A stretch of DNA of 64,000 nucleotides, from positions 6,448,001 to 6,512,000 of the forward strand of contig CM102290.1 in assembly GCA_046563655.1 (NCBI GenBank). The letters are read 5' to 3'. This document shows, piece after piece, positions 38,919 through 51,139 of the stretch. Made by a program: the position numbers and the translations under genes. This DNA comes from Yuukianura sp. NJ FZ-2021 (taxonomy: Eukaryota). How positions within the stretch are numbered: the stretch's first letter is position 1; each line of letters opens with the position of its first letter. Below the pieces are notes generated by a model. The model worked only from the letters and a program-made list of their open reading frames with translations, was not told the DNA's origin and searched no databases.

Positions 38919-41900
38919 TCACGCAGTATCCGAACAGTAACGTTTCGGTTTCCTAATCGTCCTTGCTGACCTTCTCAGTTGTACTGGAGATTTCTTGGCT
39001 TCCTTCTTCTTGTCCTTCTTGACCACTACTGACGGAGCTGGCTGCTGGACATGGACCATTTTACCAATGTCCCCTTCGTCAGTGGCAGAATCTGAGTCAA
39101 CGTGGACACTAAGTCTAACGGGACTTTTCATTGATTCTGAGGAATTAACATTCCTCTTCCTTGCAGACTGAGTCTGATTCGGAATTTCTAATTCCGATAG
39201 CGACGAACTAGATGAACTAATCTTTCTAGTGCGCTTCTTTTTCTTAATCTTTGAAGAAACAAATTCTTCATCAGAACTCGAATTGAATTCACTACGAAAG
39301 TGAAACAAATCCCTAACATGCACAATAATCGGCTTCCTACTACTACCAATCAATTTGATTTGGTAATTAACTGCCGATGTTTTCTTAGTCACCACATAGG
39401 GACCTTTGGTTTGTGCAAGTAAACATTGGGACAAGCCTTTCTTACGTACTGGCACTGAGCGCAGTACCTTATCGCCAATGTTAAAACCAACATTTTCCTT
39501 ATTCCTGTCAAAACGAACTTTTGACTTTTCATGAACTCTCCTAGAGTTCAAGGCAGCGCTCTGACTTGGCATTAAGCATACGACCCTGAGGATGGAAAGG
39601 AGACGTGAACTTGACCTTGAACTTCAGCTCCTCTTTTGCCTGTTTCACTAAGTCGGCAATGAACTGACGACCTTGGTCACAAACAAATTCTTTAGGCAAC
39701 GAATGCCTAAGAATTACCTTATCTTTTATATTAGCTACAACGCACTCAGCGGTAGCGTGTGTGACTGCTACGGACTCAACGTAGCGGGAGAAGTGATCAA
39801 TAAATATTAGCGCATATTTATTCTCCCTGTCCTTGGACTTCACAAATGGGCCAATGAAGTCAATGCCCACTCTCTCGAAAGGGGTCGTGACCTCGTCAAA
39901 GTCTTGCATAAGACCTTGCTCACGCCCTCTGCGCACTCTATGTATCTGACAGACTTTGCATCCTAGAACAAATCTACGCACGTCACGATACATTCCCTTC
40001 CAGAAAAAGCGGGATTTCACACAGCTCCACGTTCTCGTCACGCCAAAATGTCCACTTAGGTCACCTGCGTGTACCGTCTCGAGAACTCGCTTTCTCAATT
40101 CTTTAGGCACTACTAGCCTCCAAGAGCGTCCTTCAGGCTCTAAATTAGCGGAATACAAAATTCCGTCTTTTAATGTGTAATCCTCCATATGACTTATGGA
40201 CGGATTTTTCTTACCCGATCCAGAGGCGCACTCAGCTTGCTCAATGGATTCAATGACCTTCCTTATCCATGGGTCTTGACTTTGACTCTCTTTCCAGTCC
40301 ACCCCGTCTAGCACTAAGCATTCTGAGGAATCCATTGCCTCTGGTGGATCTACTGGAAACCTTGACAAGGGGTCAACGTCATTAGCGACCTTTCCAGCCC
40401 TATGGACGATGGTCATGTCCTGTGCCTGTAACACAAAGGACCATCTCGCAAGACGACCATTGGGGTCCTTCACAGAGAAGAGCCACTTCAACGCACTATG
40501 GTCTGTCACTACGGTAAAATGAGTACCGTACACATAGGGTCTGAACTTCTGTACAGCGTACACGACAGCCAAGCATTCCAACTCGCTAGAGGTGTACCTC
40601 TTTTCAATGTCCGTCATTGCTCTGCTGGCATAGGCAATGACCCGTGGTTGACCTTCCTGGATTTGCACTAAGCTTGCTCCAAGGCCAAAGCCACTTCCAT
40701 CACAATGGATCTCAAATGGAATACCCTCCATAGGAAATGCCAATATTGGACTAGTCACTAAGGCTAGTTTTAACTTTTCGAAGGCTTCATTTTGCTCAGC
40801 TCCCCACACAAAGTCCTGATCTTTTCTTAACAGAAAATTCAGTGGAGCAGCAATTTTTCCAAAACCTTTTATGAATCTCCGGTAGTACCCACACATGTTC
40901 ACAAAAGAACGAATGTGTGTTGGAGTTTTAGGTACAGGAAACTTAGTCACCGCAGACACTTTATCCTGATCTACCTCGACTCCCTCACTGGAAATGACAT
41001 GTCCAAGATACAAAATCTTTGCCAATCCAAATTTACACTTAGAAATTTTCAACGTTAAGTTAGCGTCACGAAAACGACTTAACACTGTTCTGAGGCGCAA
41101 CTGATGTTCCTCAAACGTCTTTCCCCACACAATTACGTCATCCAAATACACTAAGGTGCTCTCCCACTTAAGGTTCGACAGCACAACGTCCATTAGGTAT
41201 TGGAAACTAGAAGGACTGTTACAGAGTCCCATGGGCAGACGTCTAAATTGGTACAGACCATCCGGCGTCACAAAGGCCGTTTTCTCTTGGTCTTTTTCAT
41301 CCACTTCGATTTGGTAAAACCCAGATACCAAATCGAGTACAGTGAAGTACTTAGCGCCACCAAGGCGGTCTAGAGCGTCTTCCATTCTCGGTAACGGATA
41401 CGCATTCTTCTTCGTAATTGCGTTGATCTTCCGGAAGTCAATGCACAACCTTGATGAGCCATCCTTCTTTGGGACTAGCACAACAGGCGCGGCCCATGGG
41501 GAAATTGACTCTTCCACAATTCCCGCATCGCACAAAGCTTGGACCTTTTCCTTGATCTTCCTGCGCTCAACAAATGATGCGCGGTATGGGTGAGATCTAA
41601 TTGGAGGATGATCTCCCGTCTCTATCTTATGACGAAACAAATTCGTCTTCCCCACTTTTGATTCGTCAGTCACAAAGACATCAGAAAATTCTTTCACTAA
41701 TTTGAGGACTTCCGTCTTCTCACTTAGAGTAAGATCCTCCCCCAAATTAATTTTAAAGTCATCCTGACTTTGCTTAGGCTGGACCGTTCCCATAGTACCA
41801 TCATGATCACTTAGAAGCATGACGCTGGCTCCCTTAGCACAAGGCGAACCAAATGCAATTGTACTATTTCTGGGCAGTCTCACCTTCCCCTTATTCAGAT

Positions 41901-42813
41901 TAGTAATCCAAATATCCGTCTTTCCATCTCTAATCACAGCGTACACATAGGGCTGGATTACGTTATGTTCAAACTGTAAGCTTCTGTTCGGTGACAGGAT
42001 CACTGAACCAGAAACTATGTCAGGGCAATGAACTGTTACCCTGTGTGCTTCCCTCGGTGGAAGTACAACAGTTTGCAACAAACAAAAGTTCCACATAGGA
42101 CTAGGCTCCTCCTCTTCTTGTGACACATAGTCTTGAGGGTTACCTACAGTCTTGTCACTTAGACTTGACCTTGAACTTTGCTTCGGACTGTGTGACCTGA
42201 ATGTCCAATCCGTTCCAAGCAAAATTCTGTCTCGAAAACCTGGCATAACATGGAAACCCCACAAAGTAAGTTTACCATCGTATGTCACCATTAACTCCAC
42301 AAAGTTAGTTAATGTTGTTTGTCCCAAGGCCGTTGTCACTAAGAGCGGCGGGACTGTGTACTCCTTGTGTACAGCCTCCTTCACCTCCAGCAGAAACTCT
42401 GGACTAACAACACTAATGTTAGACCCCTCATCCACCCTCACAGAATAGGCTTTGCTACAGATAACAAATTCTGTAGTAATCCGGGGCCCTATTCGTTTAT
42501 GGCGGAAGGTTGCTGGCAGTGAATGACCTTCAACACAAGTCATCTCATTAACATCCACAGAGGATGTTGACTTCACCTTGGCTTGACCTACAAGCTTAGA
42601 GGTTGATACCAGGCACGAGGCTGGTAATGACCTCCCTTGACTTTGCTTAGAACACGTAGTTCTAATTAACTTAATTTGCTTATCTTTCTTCTCCACTGCA
42701 CTGTCAAGCACAAAGCAAGACACAGGAGAAGAACTTACTGCACTATTTTGCGTAAGAAACTTATTCTTACCAACTGCGGAGTTTTTCAGGTGACCCCGTT
42801 TCACCTTTCTCAA
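38919..42813 (-). pseudogene. pol: E2 pol (protease, RT, RNase H, integrase with an internal deletion)
   Basis: VDEGS protease-like motif; RLCIDFRKIN, LPMGLCNSP and YLDD; CDGSG and TDHSAL; HHCC, DFIGP and CDQG. After PFHPQ the sequence jumps, with a frameshift, to the GPY-containing C-terminus, so the catalytic Glu region is missing. Confidence 0.92.
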
Positions 42814-43649
42814 TCGTTTTTTGACTTAACGATTTCCTCTGCCGTCTCCGCGGCAACACCATAGACAGAAGACGACGGCTTCGGCTTCCTGTCTGGACAA
42901 TCCCTTATGAAATGATCATCCTTACGACAACCATAACACAACTTTTTAGCCGGCTTCTTAGCCGCGTCACTCGAATCACTAAGGGTCGATGACCTTGAGG
43001 AACTCGTTTCCTCCTTCGGCTTACCCACAGAGGGATTTTTGCTGACCCACTTAGGTTTGTCAGGCTTATCCGGCTTGTCCATTTTTCGCAACTTTTGCAA
43101 AAATTCAGTCGGATTTTTCGGTTCTGCGCAGTACATAATGTTGCGCAGCGTGTCGGGAAGCCCTTTGGTCAACTTTTCGACCTGCTTCTTGTCCGACATG
43201 TTCGGATCCAGCATCATAAAGATACTCAACTTTTTGCTGACGTACTCCCCAGCGGAGCTACAGTCAACAAACTTAATGGCACTGGCAGCCTTTTTCGCTT
43301 CCTTACGAACCGACTCAGGTTCGTAAAACGATTTTAATTGTTGTTTCAACAATTCCCACTTTTGATCCTTATTAGCGTCACTAAGATCGCTAATGTACTT
43401 GATCTGCGCAAATTTCCACCAATCCTGTGCTTCACCTTCCAGAAGCAAATGGAAATTTAGTAACAATAACCTGGAGTCAACTTGCTTTGTCTCCAGCGCA
43501 GCATCACATCTCACACAGAAAAGGTCTACATTCGATTTCCCATCGAATTTAGGAATTGACCTAATGACACTTTTCACATCGCTGGACATGGCAGTCGCAG
43601 CGTTAGTGCCTTTGCTTGTACTCGGATCAGTTGCCATCACAAAGTACAA
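42810..43649 (-). CDS. gag: E2 gag (capsid-like domain plus CCHC knuckle)
   Basis: IPKFDG, LLLEGEAQDWW and CYGCRKDDHFIRDC. Ends at the slippery heptamer A AAA AAC (42816-42822), overlapping the -1 pol frame. Confidence 0.9.
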   Translation of the reverse strand: MYFVMATDPSTSKGTNAATAMSSDVKSVIRSIPKFDGKSNVDLFCVRCDAALETKQVDSRLLLLNFHLLLEGEAQDWWKFAQIKYISDLSDANKDQKWELLKQQLKSFYEPESVRKEAKKAASAIKFVDCSSAGEYVSKKLSIFMMLDPNMSDKKQVEKLTKGLPDTLRNIMYCAEPKNPTEFLQKLRKMDKPDKPDKPKWVSKNPSVGKPKEETSSSRSSTLSDSSDAAKKPAKKLCYGCRKDDHFIRDCPDRKPKPSSSVYGVAAETAEEIVKSKND

Positions 43650-43761
43650 CTTCCCTTTTGATACTCAACTGAATCTTAGCACAATAACCTTACGTGAGTT
43701 CCTGAACGTATGCCCCCAATCACGAAGTTTGAAGACTAGTTCCGTTGCTCGTTCCACCAAA

Positions 43762-44235
43762 TGTTACGGTGCGTTATTCCTCGGACGAATAACCGCACCA
43801 GAAAACGCTCCGAGTCTTCCTCCAGAACTCCAGAAGACTCCAAATAGAAATGACTTGACCTCTTGACCTCGGTTTGACCTCGCTTGGCCTTAATGTCAAA
43901 TCTTTATTGAAACTTGTAAAGAAACATTTACAAGAGAGAACTTTGCTCACTTAGAGCTGAACATTGAAATGAATTCACAAGATTCCTGACTGAGTCCAAA
44001 TAATCTTTTCCAGTTAACTTGGGGTTTGGATTGGATTTGCAAAATCCACCAAAACCACCAAGTGAAACATAACTGTACCTTTGTTAATTCAATTAACCTA
44101 CATTCCTACGACTAGGGGAGAAACAACAAGTAAACACGTAAACAACTTGTCCTTGAGGGGTCAAAATACTTCTCTGTACATTTCTAAACTTTGCAAAATG
44201 TAACTAAAACTTGTACCAAAAATCTCTACATAACA
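43762..44235 (-). repeat. E2 5' LTR (474 bp)
   Basis: Direct repeat of 37535-38007, followed on the minus strand by a TGG-starting PBS. Confidence 0.97.
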
Positions 44236-44409
44236 ATATGGTAAAAACCACTTAAAATGTGGTTACATTATCAACTTTACATGACAACCACTTGATATGT
44301 GGCAACCACATGTAACATGTGGTAAATACATGGTGGCATGTTGTAGTTCCTTACAATTTCGAACAAGAAGGAGGCTTGGCCCTTCGTTCACTAATTGAGT
44401 TCAATTGGT

Positions 44410-46351
44410 TACTTCGAGTTTCGTAAACAGGTTGCGGTATAATGGCCAGTGGTTATTCTTTGGCCAATATGTGACAAATCTGTACGAACATTTTTTCGTT
44501 TCACCGGTTTTTTTCACTTCAAGGCAAATTATTTCTGAAATGTTGAGCTTTCGTGACACCTTTGTTCCTTCGGCATCAAACCTGCAAAAGAATATAAGAC
44601 AGTTAAGGAATAGTTTGAGGTTAGTCAGTCGTCATTTTAATAAGTGCTCTTACCGCTTGATACATAAAATCAAGATCGAGGGTGCGCTTTCAATTACTTT
44701 TGTCAAAATGGCTCGTTTCGACGTGCAGTGCTGACAATTGTACTCAATTGTGTCAAAGGAGAAGTACTTATCCAGCATTTGTGCAACCTAACACACACAC
44801 ACACACAAAAAAGGAGTGCTTGATTTTTCTTTCACTTTTTGTTAAATGGTTCGAAGTTATGTGAACAAAATGAATACGTCAGGAACAGTCCTGTTGGAGG
44901 ATGTTGGTAACTCACGTAATAAGCCCAGCTCAGATGAGACGGAGGTGTAGCGGTCGCTGCACTTTGTGAACATTTGGTTGTGGCGACACTTTGTGGAAAA
45001 TAGGTTACGTAGGTCAAGAAGGGTAGGTGACTTGAGGTTTAGAATAAGAGTAAAAGAAAGAGAGATAATAATAGGTAATTTAACATTTGGTGCTTCTAAT
45101 GCAAAGGTTGAGTGTCATACCTTTACTGGTGAAGTTGAAGGTCGAAATCCACAGATTTCAACTTCAAAAACGTCAAAGAGGTGGAGCAGAAATTCATGGG
45201 CATCTTGTTCCTGATTTTTTCCATATATTGACTTTGCCCCTCCTCTTGCTTTCACAAATTCCTCCTTCGAAATAACAAAGAACCTCGTTAGGTAAGGAAT
45301 ACTGTAACAATGAATATTTATTTTCTTGAGTTACGTGGAATTTTGTTTGTGACAAAGAATACGTTGTACTGCGGCCAGTTTTGAGATCATTTGTGATCTT
45401 ATCGCTCAAACTGTTGCTGACTGGTCCCATGCCTGTCGCAGACTTCAGGAAAGTTACGAACGCCGTACAAGATGTGAGGCACTGAACTGTTGCATTCAAG
45501 TAACAAGTATTCCCGATGTTTTTCAGTCCAACGGGAACTTCCTCATGTACAAGAGATGACCTGCGACGTGGTTGTAAACTATATATATATATATAAAGAA
45601 CAAACGAACCAACCATACAATTAGTAAAAAGGAAGGAAACGAATAAAAGAAACAGTAAGGAAATAAGCATACGGAGGAAGACGCGTAGGAGAAGGGGAAG
45701 TAAAATGGACGTGGAACCCTTGAAATTAATTTCATTGAAAGTGAGAAATGTACAATTGTACATGTACAATTGAAATAATGCTTTGTTACCAGAAGATGGG
45801 GTTTGGACCCGCTGTTGCTTGAGTGGAGGACTAAATTGAGTAGGCGAAAGTGTCAATGCTGTACTCTTTCTTTTGTGGGTAACAAAACCACCACAAATCT
45901 TCTTCCTTCCAAATCATTTCCCTTCTGTCTTTCACGGTTTGCAGCTCAGTTAAGTATGTTGGAGCAAGGAGGGCGTGCATGAATGCCTCTCGAGCATGTC
46001 CATGGTCACTTTCCATGTGGTCAACTAAAGGCCCCATTCTAACTCTCCCTGGTTTTGAACATAGTGGGCAATGATAAAGGCCTTTTCCGCTTAAACACCT
46101 TTTCCGCTTCTGTAAAAAGAATTTAACGTGAATTATGTTGTGTAACTTCTTAGTAGGAAATGGTTATATTTTTTCACATATAAACCTGGGAAAATTGACT
46201 GGATGAACGACGGCGTGTCTCCGTGCTGGGTTTGCATATGACTAATGATTGTTTTCAAGTCTCCTTGTCCTTCCGTACATGGTAATGTTGAGTTGGTTAC
46301 ATTGTGTGGACATTTGAATGGAGGTCCAGAGACAAGATGAGCCAAAACCAC
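44410..46351 (-). pseudogene. Second multi-exon USP (peptidase C19) gene with two upstream C2H2-like zinc fingers, truncated at the 3' end
   Basis: Cys box GLKNIGNTCYLNATVQCL (~45480-45530), QEQDAHEFL (~45187-45213), YNCQHC...APSILILCIKR|FD across an intron, and His box SHIGQRITTGHYTATC (~44428-44475, frameshifted). Fingers are FKCPH...HMQTQH and YHCPLC...HMESDH. Confidence 0.8.
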
Positions 46352-47470
46352 GTGTTGCCTGTATCAACTGTCGCTGTACTTGTGTTTTTGACAGTGGTGA
46401 CAAAATCCGATCAGCCAAGGATCAATGTTATCCTTTTCGTACCCTTTGAAGTCAAGCTTCTTATTAAGCTGAGCAAACATCTCCGGGGTAAGTTTCGACA
46501 AATATCGATACAAACCTATTAAATGAAATATCCAGAAACATTAACACAAAAACAAAATATAATGTTAAGTATGATGTTGATGATGAGAGTTATATACAGG
46601 ACTTACTCATACAGTACCATTCCGTCGTTGCATAGCGTGTCTTCAGGAGATCCTTCATTTGTTTCATTGCGGTATCGCTCTCATTTGTAGGGTCATGAAA
46701 TAGTCTAATAAAATCACTTCATTATTAATCACTTCATTAATATATAATAATTATTATATGATGATATTAATCACTTCATTTCTAGCAAGATGAAGGAGTT
46801 TTGCAGAGAGCAATCCTTCAAAAAATGCTTTTGTTGCTATTCCCTTTAAGAGCTTTGTTAGAGTCACTTCCAAGTTGAGAGCTGCAAAGTCTTCGTCAGT
46901 CACATTAAACTCTGGCAAATTTCAAAACACCTTTAGGTCATACTGGTACTGCAAAACAACGTGGGTAAATTCCTTCATTTTTTACATTCTCTGAGCAAAA
47001 TAAGGTAGTAGTAATTCACCGTAGGATTTGGTGAAGGTCCGTAGTTCCATTTGTTGTCATGTCCGCTCTCCAAAGCGTCACTCAACCGCTTGGTCGATAG
47101 ACTCCGTTTTGCCCGAACGTGAATGTCTTTGCCGATTCGTCGCAGGATCTCATTACGCACAAATTTAGTTACGGTGGACATCTCAAACGGTTGGTAGTTG
47201 GGGGTTTCCTTCTCCAATCCTTCACCTTCACCTGTTTGCGACGACTCGATGTGCGTAGTCGTACTATTTCTTTCACTTTCACCCAAAAGCGTAACCAGCT
47301 GTTCTCGAAGATTTTTCTTCCATTCTTCCCCTTGAAGTTGTTCTTTAATTTCCGCGTGTGATCTCATTTTGATGGCATTTTCACCAAACTTCTTCTTAAC
47401 TTGCTCTTCCTTGGAAAGCCCATGTGCCTAAACCAGTGTACACACAAAAATTAAAATTCTAATAATAGTA

Positions 47471-47761
47471 AGGGTAAGCAGGTTTTTCAATCTGAAATCT
47501 AGGTACATTGAAAACCAGAAATTATAATGTAGAGGAGTGAGGGTAAGCAAAATTTCCTTAAATGTAGGAGTAAATTTGAATCTAGAGGTTTGCCGCGCGA
47601 GAGTTTCTCACTTCTCTTTTGCAAAACTCCGAACTCTAGATTCAGATTCAAAAACCGAGACGAGTTTTAGGAAAAGGAGAATTGCAATGTAGATTTGAAC
47701 TCCCGCTCGCTCTACATCACAAAATCGCTCCCTAGATTTCAGATTGCAAAATGCTTACCCT
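47471..47761. mobile_element. MITE-like element (~290 bp) with ~31-bp TIRs and an internal 11-bp inverted repeat
   Basis: AGGGTAAGCA...CAATCTGAAATCTAGG at 47471 is the inverse of CCTAGATTTCAGATTG...TGCTTACCCT ending at 47761. Inner TGAATCTAGAG / CTCTAGATTCA at 47577 and 47634. No clean TSD. Confidence 0.7.
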
Positions 47762-47919
47762 GCCTAATGTTACTACGAATGGATTGCATGTAGGCTAGAA
47801 GAGTAGAAGTATATGTTTTGAACAAAGGGCTGGGAACATTATAATTGAAAAAATTTCTAAATTTTAGGGAAAATTGAAAGCAGAAGTTGATCGACAGGCG
47901 GGAGCGGTGTACTTGGTAA

Positions 47920-48874
47920 ACTTTCAAGTAAATCCTTGTGCAGGAGTTGAAGTGACGGTGGTCGCTGGTGGAGTCGCCGCGGTGTTCGAAAGACCGAAAC
48001 TGAAGACGCTCGTTGGGGTAGGTCCAGTTTCCTTTGCGTTGAATGTTATATTTGGTGAGCCAAAGGAAAAAGGAGGTGGACCCACTGCTGGTTTTTTGAA
48101 AAGGTCAATCCCGGTGGCGGTGGAAGCGGCTGAGATTCCGCCGAATGCAATTGGTGTCTGGGCAGACGAGACAGTGATGGTGGTCTGGTGGTGGCTACAT
48201 TTGGAAAATTAGTTCCCGGTTTCGTGGGTTGAGATGCTGCCGCAGATGCTGATGCTACTGTTGAACTAAATGCTGGTTTCGGTCCTCCCGAAAACAGTGG
48301 GAACTTGTACTTTGCAATATCCTCATCTCTCCATCTTTCTTTTCAGCTTTCGGCACTGGAAATGTTGGGAATTTAAGAGTTTGAGGAAGGTTTCGTTCCA
48401 TTCTCGTTTAGGATAGAAGTGTTTGGAGTCTTTCGGATGAATCCGTAAGTCCGAATCCCTTTCGGAATGCATTTGCAGACAAGGGAGTGTTTGTGGATGT
48501 TGGTTTATCACTTGACACAGCGGGAGTTTTGATTTAGAACGTAAATGCGGCGGAATTGACGAAAGTTGTTGCTGGAATTCCAAATTGGGTGGTGGTAGAT
48601 GGATTGCTCGTTCCGAATTTGAAGGCTGAAGGTACAGGATCACTGGCAGAACATAAAGACACTCCAAATTTAAAATTGGTTGAAGAGTTCTGAAGCTTTC
48701 GGTGCAGCAAAAATAAAAACGGGAAGAGAAATCACTTGATTTTGAAGTGGTTAGAGGCGGAGTACTGAATCCGAACGTAAATGCTGGTGGATCTGGTACT
48801 CTGGGAGAAGGAGAATGAGAAGGTCCTCTGGACTCTGGCACAACTGAATTAGCTCTTCGTCTTCGTCTGTCCAT
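47920..48874 (-). pseudogene. Ser/Thr/Pro-rich coding remnant with FxFG motifs (FG-nucleoporin-like), frameshifted
   Basis: Reads MDRRRRRANS...PAFTFGFS, then PPPFSFGSP and TSVFSFGLS in the downstream segment (47940-48120). Confidence 0.4.
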
Positions 48875-50558
48875 TGTAATTAAAGTACACTTGGGTGGAC
48901 CGCATTCCAAATGTGGGGAGTTGGCTATACGGAGACCTCGACAAACCAAAATCTCTTCAATATTTCACTATGCTGTTCGTGTTCATGCTAGTTTTGAAAT
49001 AATTCCTTACATGGTGATAAGGGGGGGGGGCAGTTGTTGAAGGTCGCCAGGAGGGGTGGACCAATTCTACTTCAATGGACACATTTCTCCACCATCAGGG
49101 TCACTCCACAAACGTTTCTGACAGACACGGGAAATTTAAGCAGACAGTTCAATTTTAAAAAAGCATCAAGGTCCCGGGATGCTTTTAATTTTGCAACTTT
49201 GCAGTTTTTCCACTGTTCACTTTGGTTCGCTTTTCAAACGAACCTTGCCGAACATTGAACGAAGAGAATGGCGTCTGTTACACAAGGTAGCAAACACTCT
49301 TCAATTAGTATTTTTAATTATTTGTTAACTTAACTAATTACTTGGTAGACCGCAGTGTCAGGCTCTAGGAGGACTCGCGGCAGGGACTTGTGCTACTGGC
49401 TTTGGGACTTTGTTGCCAGTGTAAGTTCTTCCTCAAACTTCATAAAACGTTTGAAACTAATCAAGTTTTCCCACACTTTTGTGAAAAATTAATAAAAGTT
49501 GATAAGTTTTTAGGAGTTGCGGTTCAATTGTGAACCAGAATCAAACGTTCATCCGAAATCCGGATTTCCCGAACAAGTATATCTTCCACCAAGCGGAAGT
49601 GACATTTGCCAAATCCGAATTTGGCGACAAATCAACACTTGCCAACTGCGCGTGCTAAGCAACAGAGAAGCAAAACACTGGAACTGTTTTGTTTTCGGTT
49701 TTTTCTGATGCCTTTTTTATTTTCATTGATTTTGGAACTTTCAGCTTTCGCTACCATTTTCGCTTTGGTTTTCATAACTTCGTTCATTTTGAAAAAGTCT
49801 TTTGGTGTTTTGTTTGAATTTTGAACAGTTTAGAGAAAAAAATGGAGCTGGTAGAAGAATTTACTGTAAGTTTGAACTAAGTTACAGTCAAATTACAGAA
49901 GCTTTCACCAAAAATTTAGTTGTGACCTTGACATAACATAACTTTGACCGTAGACCTATAATTTTTCACAAGCTCACATTCTGTATTACTGTCGTGAAGG
50001 ATACTGGCGATCCATACAAAATGTTGCTGCAGAAGGAATTGAGAAATTTCCGCACGAAATTTCGTTTCGTTTTATGCACGGATTGAGCTTTCTCTTCCAA
50101 CGCCAGTTTCCCCCAAGCCATCCGAATCCTAACTCCTCCGGTGGTAAGATTTCTCAAAAATTTTGAAAACAACCTTTCAAAATTTGAAAAATTAAACAGA
50201 AATTCTGAATTTGGCAGAGTCAACATACAGTGTATCTCGGTTCCATCCTGGCAGCCATTGATGCTCACCGTCAATTTGTCAATGTTGACGACGAAGAAGT
50301 GGAAACGCTGGAATCCAAATTTCTGATGTGTTGGGCAGTATCTGTACTATGCCGGATGTTTCTTGGTACTTTCTGGACGGTTCAAGAAATTCAAAGAGTA
50401 TTTGAACCGAGCCGTTGAGCATTCTGATGGCGACCATTTGGACTCGATGTCGCTTCTCGGCTGGGTTGAAATGCAAAGTTGCACCTCCAGGTCAAGGTCC
50501 AACTCAAATCCAAAGTTCCCGGCCAAAACGCCTTCAGACCACTTCGACAAAGAGTCAC

Positions 50559-50932
50559 TGTTGGGCGTCGCTGCGTAGGCTTAGTAGCCATAAGATTATG
50601 TCTTATTGAGATTTCGTAGAGATGCGGCGAGAGAGTCGCGGGAGTTTTGGGATGTGGCGAGGTAGAGAGAGAGATGTATTTTGTGTATAGAGTTTAGTAG
50701 TTAGTTCTGATTTGGTGTTAGAGTGAGTTGGAGATCATTTTGTCATGATCATTTTATTCAGTGTTTATATTCAGTATTTATCGATACAATAAATACATCT
50801 TCATATATTTATGTATCGACGTGTTTAGCAGTGGTGATTTTCTGGAGGTTATTTGGGTCTGTGAGCCTGTAGGCTCGGAGAGTAGTCTGGTGGTGGTGTT
50901 TCATCAGTTGTTTAGCGTCGCAGGGCGTTACA
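50559..50932 (+). repeat. E3 5' LTR (374 bp)
   Basis: Direct repeat of 58128-58503, with TG...CA ends and AATAAA at ~50788. Confidence 0.97.
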
Positions 50933-51139
50933 CATGGCGACCGTTTGCGTCCAGATCCAGTGACCTGGAAGTCACCAAAGGTCAAAAAAGATAAAAGTAA
51001 GAAATATTGTGAAAAATTTTGCATTAAAAAAGTGTACTGTGCATAAAATTAATGAATGAGAGTCGCTACCAGCGGCTTTCGCCCACTTATTCATTCTGGG
51101 AGTCACTAACAGTGGCCTCCGTTGTGTCAAAGTTCATCC

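Larger units (their letters stand above)
37535..44235 (-). mobile_element. Full-length Ty3/Gypsy LTR retrotransposon E2 (6.7 kb) with 4-bp TSD ATAT
   Basis: LTRs at 37535-38007 and 43762-44235 (TG...CA; one substitution and one indel seen). ATAT at 37531-34 and 44236-39. PBS-like TGGTGGAACG follows the 5' LTR on the minus strand. Contains gag, pol and ORF3. Confidence 0.97.

Noticed and set aside
49594..49602. CGGAAGT (ETS-like) promoter motif upstream of TTC21B, also seen at ~36131 upstream of the USP gene
   Set aside because: Plausible, but too short to support without transcription-start data.
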